The notes below the pieces were generated by a model. That model saw only the letters and a program-made list of their open reading frames with translations, was not told where the DNA came from and did no database searches. A DNA stretch of 64,000 nucleotides from Bacilli bacterium (GTDB taxonomy: Bacteria > Bacillota_I > Bacilli_A > RFN20 > CAG-826), in NCBI GenBank assembly GCA_017447165.1, contig JAFSOD010000004.1:179267-243266 (forward strand), in the 5' to 3' direction. Shown piece by piece: positions 28,149 through 35,656 of the stretch (position 1 is the stretch's first letter; each line of letters starts with the position of its first letter). The position numbers and the translations under genes are program-made.

Positions 28149-28219
28149 CATAGTCGTGGTCATCACTAGTTTGATGCCGGCCCACAGGAAGCTGTGTAGC
28201 TCCATTAACGGGGCTTTTT
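28149..28219 (-). repeat. E1: ~70-nt structured element, copy 1
   Basis: Aligns base for base with 28981-29050. It contains two 5-bp hairpins: catca/tgatg, and cacag/ctgtg at 28183-28196. Confidence 0.7.
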
Positions 28220-28305
28220 ATTTTTACGGTTTTATAATATTTGCCATATATTGGGCATTTATAAGTTTCTATATTGCGTTACCTCCTTAATTTTGTTTTA
28301 ATATT
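28202..28305 (-). pseudogene. deletion remnant: comFA 5' UTR plus 7 codons fused to the last ~14 codons of an A-type cassette ORF
   Basis: Minus strand reads aaggaggtaacgcaat ATA GAA ACT TAT AAA TGC CCA ATA TAT GGC AAA TAT TAT AAA. The comFA start (IETYKCPI) runs into the A2-like tail (PIYG.YYK...), with the junction at about 28246-28256. Confidence 0.65.
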
Positions 28306-28360
28306 TGTAGTTAGTGCTATCGGTTAATCCGACCAAAGCCCAAGTTTAGTAGGTTTTACA

Positions 28361-28657
28361 CTAACTTTTTTTGTTGTTTAAATAGTTTTCAATTTCAATT
28401 AAATCATCTTCTGATAGGTTGAATTTTTCCAAAAGTTGACCTCTTGTTTTAATTGGATCCTTTCTTAAATACTTTCTAACATATGCTTTATCATTTCTTT
28501 TTGGATTCGGATTTACTTTAAGCTCAATATATCTGTTCTTCTTAGTGGGGCTTGAAGTTACTTCTAAATTAATCCAAATAGTTCCGTTTGAATCTACTTC
28601 TATGCTTGGATGATTTTTTGTTTTTCTGTTTTTATAGAATTTGAATTTTTTGCTCAT
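28361..28657 (-). CDS. cassette ORF B2, ~98-aa basic protein of unknown function
   Basis: MSKKFKFYKNRKTKNHPSIEVDS...VTSSP...VNPNPKRNDKAYVRKYLRKD...RGQ. I prefer the ATG at 28657 (SD aaaggagg) over the track start at 28687. Confidence 0.7.
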   Translation of the reverse strand: MSKKFKFYKNRKTKNHPSIEVDSNGTIWINLEVTSSPTKKNRYIELKVNPNPKRNDKAYVRKYLRKDPIKTRGQLLEKFNLSEDDLIEIENYLNNKKS

Positions 28658-28696
28658 TTGACACCTCCTTTTTGTTATGGTTTTCAAGTCTTTGGT

Positions 28697-28945
28697 GATC
28701 CTTATATCGCATAAACTAAATTATCTATCCCTTTCTTATAGTTCTCCACTAACTTATCCGATAGTTCTTTCTGCTCAGGGGGACAACTCATACGATAAGT
28801 GAATTGGGGCCTTACGATATGAAGGCTTATGTTCCACTGCTTAACCCTTAAAATAGATACATCTTCGGGAGTAATGTTTGCCGTTTAGGTATCCTATTGA
28901 ATGAATACCAATGTTTCCACAAACTGGGCATTTATATGTTTCGAT
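28697..28945 (-). pseudogene. F3: decayed comFA 5' fragment
   Basis: Reads IETYKCPVCGNIGIHSIGYLNGKHYSRRCIYFKG* with GAA->TAA, loss of one Zn-ligand Cys (C->S), and a later 1-nt insertion (tccccctga). Confidence 0.8.
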
Positions 28946-28980
28946 ATTGCATCATCTCCTTAAATTTGATTTAATAATGT

Positions 28981-29050
28981 CATGGTCGTGGTCATCACAA
29001 GTTTGATGCCGACTCGTAGGTAACTACGCAGCTCCATTAACGGGGCTTTT
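28981..29050 (-). repeat. E2: ~70-nt structured element, copy 2 (overlaps the stop of A2)
   Basis: Same architecture as E1. The hairpin cgtag/ctacg at 29015-29028 carries two compensatory base-pair changes relative to E1. Confidence 0.7.
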
Positions 29051-29441
29051 TTATTTTTTTGCGTTTTTTATAATAAGAACCGTAAATAGGATTACCTTTT
29101 TGTACTTTAATAATTAAATACATATCTTGGATGCTAAACGACATATCTGGATATTCTTTTTCTCCGTAATCATTTCTATCTCCTATAAAAGGTCTTTTCT
29201 TTATTAGCGATATTTCAACGTTACTATCGGTTGCATGTTTTAATTTGTAATATCCTTTTCTTAAACCTAGACGATCAAATTCTTCTTTGGTCATTGATCC
29301 AGTGATAATTGCATAGAAAGCTTTATCTTCATTATCAATTTTAAAAATTTGTCCAGGATGTCCACCTGGGCTACCATCTAAAACACGATAAAACTTGCCG
29401 ATTTCAAGTGTTATCTTGTGTTTTCTTTTCTTTTTACTCAT
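29037..29441 (-). CDS. cassette ORF A2, 134-aa basic protein of unknown function
   Basis: MSKKKRKHKITLEIGKFYRVLDGSPGGHPGQIFKIDNEDKAFYAIITGS...KKRPFIGDRNDYG...IQDMYLIIKV...KKRKKIKKPR. SD aaaggagg before the ATG. Confidence 0.7.
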   Translation of the reverse strand: MSKKKRKHKITLEIGKFYRVLDGSPGGHPGQIFKIDNEDKAFYAIITGSMTKEEFDRLGLRKGYYKLKHATDSNVEISLIKKRPFIGDRNDYGEKEYPDMSFSIQDMYLIIKVQKGNPIYGSYYKKRKKIKKPR

Positions 29442-29480
29442 ATTTTCCTCCTTTCTTGTTATGTTTTTAGTATCTTTAGC

Positions 29481-29603
29481 GATTCACATACCGCAAAAAT
29501 AATCTATCAATTCCCTTCTTATAGTTCTCCACTAACTTATCTGATAGTTCTTTCTGCTCTGGAGACAGTTCATATGAAAGATGAATAGGTGCTTTCTTAG
29601 AAT
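29481..29603 (-). pseudogene. F4: 5'-truncated, frameshifted comFA fragment (codons ~45-88)
   Basis: Reads KKAPIHLSYELSPEQKELSDKLVENYKKGID, then is frameshifted. At about 29603 its 5' end is fused to the truncated U5 ORF. Confidence 0.75.
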
Positions 29604-29727
29604 ATGAATGTTACTCTATGAAAAACGAAAACATTTCCTTCTTCATCAACGATATTTGCTGGGTGGTTGTTTTTTAAATAAATTCTGAAGTGCCTCCTGA
29701 AAGAACTATTTTTTGTTTTTGTTTCAT
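29604..29727 (-). pseudogene. U5: frameshifted and truncated remnant of a fifth cassette ORF
   Basis: ATG at 29727 after the conserved linker (aaatacataacataaaggag). Reads MKQKQKIVLSGGTSEFI*, then in another frame KNNHPANIVDEEGNVFVFHRVT, which matches the family HP-x-I core. Confidence 0.55.
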
Positions 29728-29892
29728 TTTTTCTCCTTTATGTTATGTATTTATTTCTTGTAGATCAGGGCGGCCTTTATTTTTTTATAGGTTTTCTCCT
29801 TTTATAATTGATAAAAAACTCCCTACATTATATATAGAGTGGCTTTCTTCATTTTTTTGTGAAAAAAAGTTTAATAAATCTTTATAGGTATT

Positions 29893-29914
29893 AAAAAAAG
29901 GCCTATAGGCCTTT
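29893..29914 (-). terminator. rho-independent terminator of rpiB (upstream boundary of the cassette array)
   Basis: Minus strand reads aaaggcctataggcc followed by ttttttt. Confidence 0.7.
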
Positions 29915-29935
29915 ATGTATTAAATATTTTTTAGA

Positions 29936-30373
29936 TTATTTTTCTAAGTCGTTAATCATCTCAACACGAGTTAAGTGTCTACCACCTTCAAATTCAGTGT
30001 TAAGGAAGATATCCACTCTTCTAAGAACATCTTCTAAAGCCATAAATTTTTGACCAAAGGAGATAACGTTTGCGTCATTATGTTGTCTCATTAATCTAGC
30101 AACTTCATCGTTATAGGCAATACCGCATCTAACGCCTTTGATTTTATTAGCCGCAATAGAGATACCCTCTCCACTAGTGCAGACAACAACACCAAATTGA
30201 CATTTTTTAGAAGCTACTTTTCTAGCTACTTCAGCGCCATATAAAGGATAATGGCAACTATCTAAAGAATAAGTACCAACATCAATTACTTCATGTCCTA
30301 ATTCTTTTAAATGTTCTGCGATCGCGTTTTTATATTCTAATCCGCCATGATCACTACCAACTGCAATTTTCAT
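29936..30373 (-). CDS. rpiB: ribose-5-phosphate isomerase B
   Basis: 145 aa starting MKIAVGSDHGG, with CTSGEGISIAANK. Typical RpiB/LacAB. Confidence 0.9.
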   Translation of the reverse strand: MKIAVGSDHGGLEYKNAIAEHLKELGHEVIDVGTYSLDSCHYPLYGAEVARKVASKKCQFGVVVCTSGEGISIAANKIKGVRCGIAYNDEVARLMRQHNDANVISFGQKFMALEDVLRRVDIFLNTEFEGGRHLTRVEMINDLEK

Positions 30374-30384
30374 ATTGATACCTC

Positions 30385-30978
30385 CTATAAGACTTTCTCA
30401 ATATTTTTTAAAGATATAGGTCCCTCTCTAACAATTTTAACTTGTTCTCCAGTAAGGTCAACTATTGTTGAAGGAACTCCACCTAAAGCAAATCCTTCAA
30501 GTATATAACCTAGTTCATCATTAAATATCTCTTTTACTTCATACGAAGTAAGCGCAGGTTTACATCCACTTTTATTTGCGGAAGGAACTAATAAAGGAGA
30601 ACCCACAAATTGAATTAAGTCTTGAACTAGTTTAATATCAGGAACTCTAATTCCAATTACACCTGTATCATGAGTGACATAAGTAGGAACGTTACCTCTA
30701 CTTTTAAGTAAAACAGTAATTGCTCCAGGCATAAAAGCTTTAATAACTTTTAACTCTCTTTCAGACACATATGCATACTCTTGGATATCATCAACTGAAC
30801 CTAACATTAAAGTATAAGGTTTATCTTCTGGACGTCCTTTAATTTCGTTTAAAAGTTTGTAGGCAGTAAAGTCGTTATAATAAACTCCTAAGCCCATAAC
30901 TGTTTCAGTAGGAAAAGCGATGACTTTAGATTCATCAAGAGCCTTTTTAGCGAGTTCAAATTCCTTAGTTGAGTGCAT
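30385..30978 (-). CDS. tsaC: L-threonylcarbamoyladenylate synthase (TsaC/YwlC type)
   Basis: 197 aa with FPTETVMGLG and SANKSG motifs of the Sua5/YciO/YrdC family. Confidence 0.85.
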   Translation of the reverse strand: MHSTKEFELAKKALDESKVIAFPTETVMGLGVYYNDFTAYKLLNEIKGRPEDKPYTLMLGSVDDIQEYAYVSERELKVIKAFMPGAITVLLKSRGNVPTYVTHDTGVIGIRVPDIKLVQDLIQFVGSPLLVPSANKSGCKPALTSYEVKEIFNDELGYILEGFALGGVPSTIVDLTGEQVKIVREGPISLKNIEKVL

Positions 30979-31831
30979 CAGTTAATTCCTTGTTATTAAT
31001 AATATATAAGAATCTAGTCTTTCCATACATATCTTTATCAAAACTATATAGCAGACCACTATAATTCTTCTCTAATAAATCAGTTAATTCTTCTTCCATA
31101 TCTTCCCCGATTTCAAAGGCAATTAAAAACTTGTTATCGTTTAATAACTGCCTATCAATAGAGGTTAATATCTCTTTATAGAATTTAATAGCAGGATCTG
31201 CAAATAAAGCAAGATGTGGTTCATACTTTAAAGTCTGTTCTGCCACAGTATCTTTACTTCTAATATATGGAGGGTTTGAGACAATTACAGATATATCAGA
31301 TTCATTAGATATTGGTTTTAACATATCACCTTCTCTAAAATCGATTTCAATATGATGTTCTTTCGCGTTAATTTTAGCAATATCTAGCGCTTTTGACGAA
31401 ATATCAGCGCAAATTACGGTGCTTTCTAGAAAATATTCTTTTAAATAGATTCCTAAAATTCCAGAGCCAGTACCAATATCCACGATCTTAATTTTAGGAT
31501 CTTTTCCAAATAGCTTTACAATCTTTGTCATCGTGGTAACTGCGAGTTGTTCTGTCTCTTGACGAGGGATTAAAACATCAGGGCTAACTATATAATTACT
31601 ATTAACAAAATAAGCATATCCTAAGATATATTGAAGTGGCTCTCCTGAGGTTAATCTATCGAGTTGATAATTAAGCTTATTCTCATCTTTAAGTTGTTCA
31701 TCAAAATGTTTAAGTAAATCAAAAAAATCTACAAATCCACCATTATCAATTAATAGGGATTTAATAGATGTTTGGTTGAGATATTGATTATCTAATTTTT
31801 TAAGTTCAAAAAACTTCTCGCGGTAAGTCAT
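30965..31831 (-). CDS. prmC: release-factor glutamine N5-methyltransferase PrmC/HemK
   Basis: 288 aa. SAM motif VDIGTGSGILG and catalytic SNPPY. Directly downstream of prfA. Confidence 0.9.
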   Translation of the reverse strand: MTYREKFFELKKLDNQYLNQTSIKSLLIDNGGFVDFFDLLKHFDEQLKDENKLNYQLDRLTSGEPLQYILGYAYFVNSNYIVSPDVLIPRQETEQLAVTTMTKIVKLFGKDPKIKIVDIGTGSGILGIYLKEYFLESTVICADISSKALDIAKINAKEHHIEIDFREGDMLKPISNESDISVIVSNPPYIRSKDTVAEQTLKYEPHLALFADPAIKFYKEILTSIDRQLLNDNKFLIAFEIGEDMEEELTDLLEKNYSGLLYSFDKDMYGKTRFLYIINNKELTDALN

Positions 31832-32907
31832 TAATTCTCACCAGCCAATTTTAAAGATTGATCGTAATGTATCAATGCTTCAACGATCGAATCAAGTTCA
31901 CCCTCCATTACTCTATCGAGTTGTTGGATAGTAAATCCTATTCTATGATCAGTAACACGGTTTTGCGGATAATTATAAGTTCTAATCTTTTCACTTCTTT
32001 CACCAGTACCGATTTTTAATCTTCTTTCGTTACCAATTTCTTCTTGTTGCTTTTCAAGCATAGTGGAATACATCTTCGCTCTTAACATTTGCATAGCGAT
32101 TTCTCTATTTTGAATTTGAGATTTTTCGGTTTGGCAAGCAACTACAATTCCAGTAGGAATATGGGTAATACGGACAGCAGATTCAGTTTTGTTAACGTTT
32201 TGTCCTCCAGCCCCTTGAGAGTGATAAGTATCAACTTGTAAATCATTTGGATTGATTTCGACATCGATTTCTTCAGCTTCAGGCATTACTAAAACAGTTG
32301 CGGTCGAGGTATGGATACGTCCACTAGCCTCAGTTCTAGGAACTCTTTGTACACGATGCGCTCCACTTTCAAATTTAAGTTTGGAGTACACCATTTTACC
32401 TTTAATCATAAAAGATACTTGAGAAAATCCACCAGCCTCAGAAGGATATTCATCTAACATTTGAATCTTCCAGCCTTGAGATTCAGCATATCTTGTATAC
32501 ATTCTAAATAAGTCACCAGCAAAGATATTGGCCTCATCTCCTCCAGCAGCCCCTCTAATTTCCACAATGATGTTTTTATCATCGTTAGGATCTTTAGGGA
32601 TGAGCATGATTTTTAATTCTTCTTCGATTTGTTCGTTTTCTTTGGTGAGTCTTTTAACTTCTTCTTTACCCATTTCTGATAATTCTGGGTCAGAATCATT
32701 TGACATCTCATAAGCACCTTCAAGCTCTTCTAAGTTTTTCTTATATCTATTAAAAGCTTCAACTTGAGGTTCTAAGTTCGCTCTTTCTTTAGAAATATCA
32801 CGAAAATGACGAATGTCTTTCATCGTGTTTTCATCTAATAATTCTTGATCAATTTCTTCTAAACGTTTACTAGCAACGTTTAGTCTTTGAAACATGCTTT
32901 CTTCCAT
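31831..32907 (-). CDS. prfA: peptide chain release factor 1
   Basis: 358 aa with PxT-type tripeptide region RVPRTE and GGQ motif [10 protein letters not shown]. Confidence 0.96.
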   Translation of the reverse strand: MEESMFQRLNVASKRLEEIDQELLDENTMKDIRHFRDISKERANLEPQVEAFNRYKKNLEELEGAYEMSNDSDPELSEMGKEEVKRLTKENEQIEEELKIMLIPKDPNDDKNIIVEIRGAAGGDEANIFAGDLFRMYTRYAESQGWKIQMLDEYPSEAGGFSQVSFMIKGKMVYSKLKFESGAHRVQRVPRTEASGRIHTSTATVLVMPEAEEIDVEINPNDLQVDTYHSQGAGGQNVNKTESAVRITHIPTGIVVACQTEKSQIQNREIAMQMLRAKMYSTMLEKQQEEIGNERRLKIGTGERSEKIRTYNYPQNRVTDHRIGFTIQQLDRVMEGELDSIVEALIHYDQSLKLAGEN

Positions 32908-33029
32908 AATTTTCTTTACCGCGAGTTATTGTAGCACACTATTTGAAAAACACAAAGATACTTAATATTTATATTAATTCTTCAAACTCAAACATTATTA
33001 AGTTATACTAGAAAAAGGTAATTTATCTT

Positions 33030-34742
33030 ATGGCATATAAAGCATTATATAGAACATATCGTCCTCAAACATTTGACGAAGTTGCTGGACAAGAACATAT
33101 TGTTAAAACTTTAAAAAATGCATTAGCAACTGGAAAGATCGCTCATGCATATTTATTTGCTGGTCCTAGAGGAACTGGTAAAACCACAATGGCGAAGCTC
33201 TTCGCTAAAGCTCTTAATTGTGAAGAAGGCATTGGTCATCAATGTAACGAATGTAAAAACTGTGTCTCTATTATTGAAGGCAATCATCCTGATGTATTAG
33301 AACTTGACGCAGCTAGTAATAACGGCGTTGACGAAATTAGAGAGTTAATTGATAAAGTCAAATATGGCACTATCCTTGGTAGATACAAAGTATATATCAT
33401 CGATGAAGTTCATATGTTATCCGCAGGAGCTTTTAACGCTTTACTTAAAACATTAGAAGAACCACCAGAACACGTAATCTTCATTTTAGCGACCACTGAA
33501 CCTCATAAGATTCTTCCAACTATTCTATCTAGATGTCAAAGATATGACTTTACAAAAGTAAGTGAAGTCGATATTAAAGAAAGGCTTAAGGCTATCTTGC
33601 TTAATGAAAACGTTGAGTACGTAGAAGACGCAGTCGAACTTATCGTCTCTTTAGCGGATGGTGGAATGAGAGATGCTTTGAGCATTTTAGAAAAAGTTCT
33701 CGCATATTCTAACAATAGGTTAATCGTAGAAGATGTTTTAAATATCTTTGCTCTTGAATCAAAAGAAGAAAAGATCAAACTTTTAAAATCTATCGTTAGT
33801 CACGATATGAGCGATGTCCTTTCTAGACTTAATAACTACGTTACTAAAGGAACAGATATCAAACGATTAACCGAGGACTTATTATCTATCTTAAAAGATA
33901 TAGTGATTTATAACTCTTCAAATATCGGCAACTATCTTGAATCCTTAAAAGAGGAAGAAGCCTCTGATTTAGCGAAGTATATCTCTAATGAACAAGCTTT
34001 AAAGATGATCGATATCCTTTTAGGTGCGATTAAAGACTATAAGAATGTCACCTCCATCAATCCTTTATTTGAGATTACTTTAATTAAACTCACTTCCTTA
34101 GATGACTCCGCTCCTAAAAAGGTAGTCGTTGAGACTCCAAAACCAGTAGAAAAGGTAGTCGTTAAAGAAGAGCCTAAACCAGTCATTGAGAAACCTGTCG
34201 AAGTTAAGGTTGAAGAACCAAAAATTGAAGAAAAAGTCATTGAAGAAATTATCGAAAACCCTACAGCAGCACGTGTTTTTTCCGATAATATCACCCCAGT
34301 TGATAGTGTTATTTATTTAAAAGATGCAGAGCAAGAAGATAACTTCGCCATTAGTGATGAGCTCATGGTTCAAGTCATGGCAATCTCCAAAAAAGAAATT
34401 AAATCCGAACTTGTTGATGGCTGGAAGAATATTAAGAGAATCTCCACCCATGAAATATATGGTAAAGCAGCGACTTTATTAATTGATGGACGTCCTTTAG
34501 TGGCCTCACCAAAAGTTTTAATCTTAGAATACCCGTTAGCTGAACTTGCCGAGAAGGTGAACGCAAAAGATATCCAATCTGAATTACAAACAGTTATTAA
34601 TCATATTTTCGGTAAACATATGTTTATCTACGCTGTTAGTAGAAATCAATCAATCGACTTACAAGCTTTATATATGAATCTTTTACAAATTGGCAAATTG
34701 CCAAAGGCAAAAGATGTGAATTTAGAATTTATAGGAGAATAA
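33030..34742 (+). CDS. dnaX: DNA polymerase III subunit gamma/tau
   Basis: 570 aa with GPRGTGKTT, IIDEVHML and SRCQRYDF. Confidence 0.95.
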   Translation: MAYKALYRTYRPQTFDEVAGQEHIVKTLKNALATGKIAHAYLFAGPRGTGKTTMAKLFAKALNCEEGIGHQCNECKNCVSIIEGNHPDVLELDAASNNGVDEIRELIDKVKYGTILGRYKVYIIDEVHMLSAGAFNALLKTLEEPPEHVIFILATTEPHKILPTILSRCQRYDFTKVSEVDIKERLKAILLNENVEYVEDAVELIVSLADGGMRDALSILEKVLAYSNNRLIVEDVLNIFALESKEEKIKLLKSIVSHDMSDVLSRLNNYVTKGTDIKRLTEDLLSILKDIVIYNSSNIGNYLESLKEEEASDLAKYISNEQALKMIDILLGAIKDYKNVTSINPLFEITLIKLTSLDDSAPKKVVVETPKPVEKVVVKEEPKPVIEKPVEVKVEEPKIEEKVIEEIIENPTAARVFSDNITPVDSVIYLKDAEQEDNFAISDELMVQVMAISKKEIKSELVDGWKNIKRISTHEIYGKAATLLIDGRPLVASPKVLILEYPLAELAEKVNAKDIQSELQTVINHIFGKHMFIYAVSRNQSIDLQALYMNLLQIGKLPKAKDVNLEFIGE

Positions 34743-34743
34743 T

Positions 34744-35049
34744 ATGAATCCAATGCAACAAATGGTCATGCAAATGCAAAAAGCCCAAAGAGAACTTCAA
34801 AAAGCTCATGCTGAATTAGAGGCCAAAGAATTTAAAGTTAATAAAGCAGGCCTAGTAAATATCACTGTTCTAGGCTCCAAAGAAATCGTTTCTATTGAAA
34901 TTGAAGAAGATGGCTATGAACTTGATAATAAAGAGATGGTTGAAGAATTAATTAGAGACGGCTTAAACGAATTATTCTCTCAAATTGATGAATTAGCCGC
35001 CGAGATAGATGAAAAGATTGCTGGAAAATCTGGAGGATTAGGTTTCTAA
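34744..35049 (+). CDS. ybaB: nucleoid-associated protein YbaB/EbfC
   Basis: 101 aa in the conserved position between dnaX and recR. Coiled N-terminus QMQKAQRELQKAHAELE. Confidence 0.9.
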   Translation: MNPMQQMVMQMQKAQRELQKAHAELEAKEFKVNKAGLVNITVLGSKEIVSIEIEEDGYELDNKEMVEELIRDGLNELFSQIDELAAEIDEKIAGKSGGLGF

Positions 35050-35645
35050 TGGAGAATTTAAAATCATTAGAAGCACTTCAAGAACAACTTTCTAAACTTC
35101 CAGGAGTTGGAAAGAAAAGCGCTGAACGTATGGCGTACGCTCTTTTAGATTTCCCAGACGAAGAACTAAAAGATATTGCTAAAGCTATTAGTTCTCTAAA
35201 AGAGAAAATCCACTTCTGTCCAATATGCGGAATGATATCTGATATTGATGGCTGCTATATTTGTGATGATTCAACTAGGGATCAAACTTCCTTAATGATT
35301 GTCTCTTACCCAAAAGACGTGATGTCACTTGAAAAGTCTCGTGCCTATAACGGTTTATATCACGTTCTTAACGGGGAAATCTCTTTATCTAAAGGATTAG
35401 ATGTTTCTAACTTAAACCTTGAATCTTTATTTAGAAGATTAGATGAAGGTAATATCAAAGAAATTATTCTAGCCACTAATCCTACAATAGATGGAGAAAC
35501 CACATCCGGTTATCTAAATAAACTATTAGAAAAATACGAAATAAAAGTTACTCGTCTAGCCTATGGTTTACAAATGGGAGGTAATCTCGACTATGTCGAC
35601 CCTCTCACTTTATCTAAAGCCCTAGAAGGAAGACACAAAATCTAG
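35049..35645 (+). CDS. recR: recombination mediator RecR
   Basis: 198 aa. HhH LPGVGKKSAERMA, Cys4 zinc finger CPICG...CYIC, and Toprim domain. Confidence 0.95.
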   Translation: MENLKSLEALQEQLSKLPGVGKKSAERMAYALLDFPDEELKDIAKAISSLKEKIHFCPICGMISDIDGCYICDDSTRDQTSLMIVSYPKDVMSLEKSRAYNGLYHVLNGEISLSKGLDVSNLNLESLFRRLDEGNIKEIILATNPTIDGETTSGYLNKLLEKYEIKVTRLAYGLQMGGNLDYVDPLTLSKALEGRHKI

Positions 35646-35656
35646 GAGGACATTGT

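Larger units (their letters stand above)
26478..29770 (-). repeat. array of six comFA 5' segments interleaved with small-ORF cassettes, from the rpiB terminator to the live comFA
   Basis: Direct alignment by eye of 26478-26760, 27165-27424, 27863-28148, 28253-28305, 28697-28978 and 29481-29603. Conserved linkers follow the Walker A codons of five of the six comFA segments (not the 7-codon stub) and a sixth linker copy opens the array at 29728-29770. Confidence 0.9.

Noticed and set aside
26478-29770. CRISPR-like array (regularly spaced repeats with variable inserts)
   Set aside because: The repeats are ~270-300 bp of coding sequence from comFA, not 25-40-bp repeats. The spacers are 0.2-0.5-kb ORF-containing units, and no cas genes are in the window.
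26478-29770. Classical integron or CALIN
   Set aside because: There is no intI gene. The inter-ORF elements do not show the R''-L''/L'-R' (GTTRRRY) attC architecture as far as I can read. The repeated unit is a host gene 5' end, which integrons do not carry. The integron is used only as a conceptual analogy.
26478-29770. Polymorphic-toxin orphan-module array (Rhs/CdiA-like)
   Set aside because: In those systems the full-length gene is upstream and the orphan 3' modules lie downstream. Here the intact gene is the most downstream element and the repeated part is the 5' end. ComFA is a cytoplasmic helicase, not a secreted toxin.
27406-29887. Plus-strand track ORFs inside the cassette array (27406-27648, 27777-27971, 29690-29887)
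   Set aside because: They are antisense shadows of B1, F2 and the U5 remnant, with Phe/Leu-rich translations of A-rich coding strands and no RBS.
32908-33029. SRP (small cytoplasmic) RNA upstream of dnaX, as in Bacillus
   Set aside because: The 120-bp gap is AT-rich with no GC-rich helix or conserved SRP domain IV sequence, so no SRP RNA can be supported here.
33030-34742. dnaX programmed -1 frameshift (gamma/tau)
   Set aside because: No A AAA AAG-type slippery heptamer with a downstream structure was seen. The nearest A-run (cctaaaaaggta near 34110) is not in the right form.
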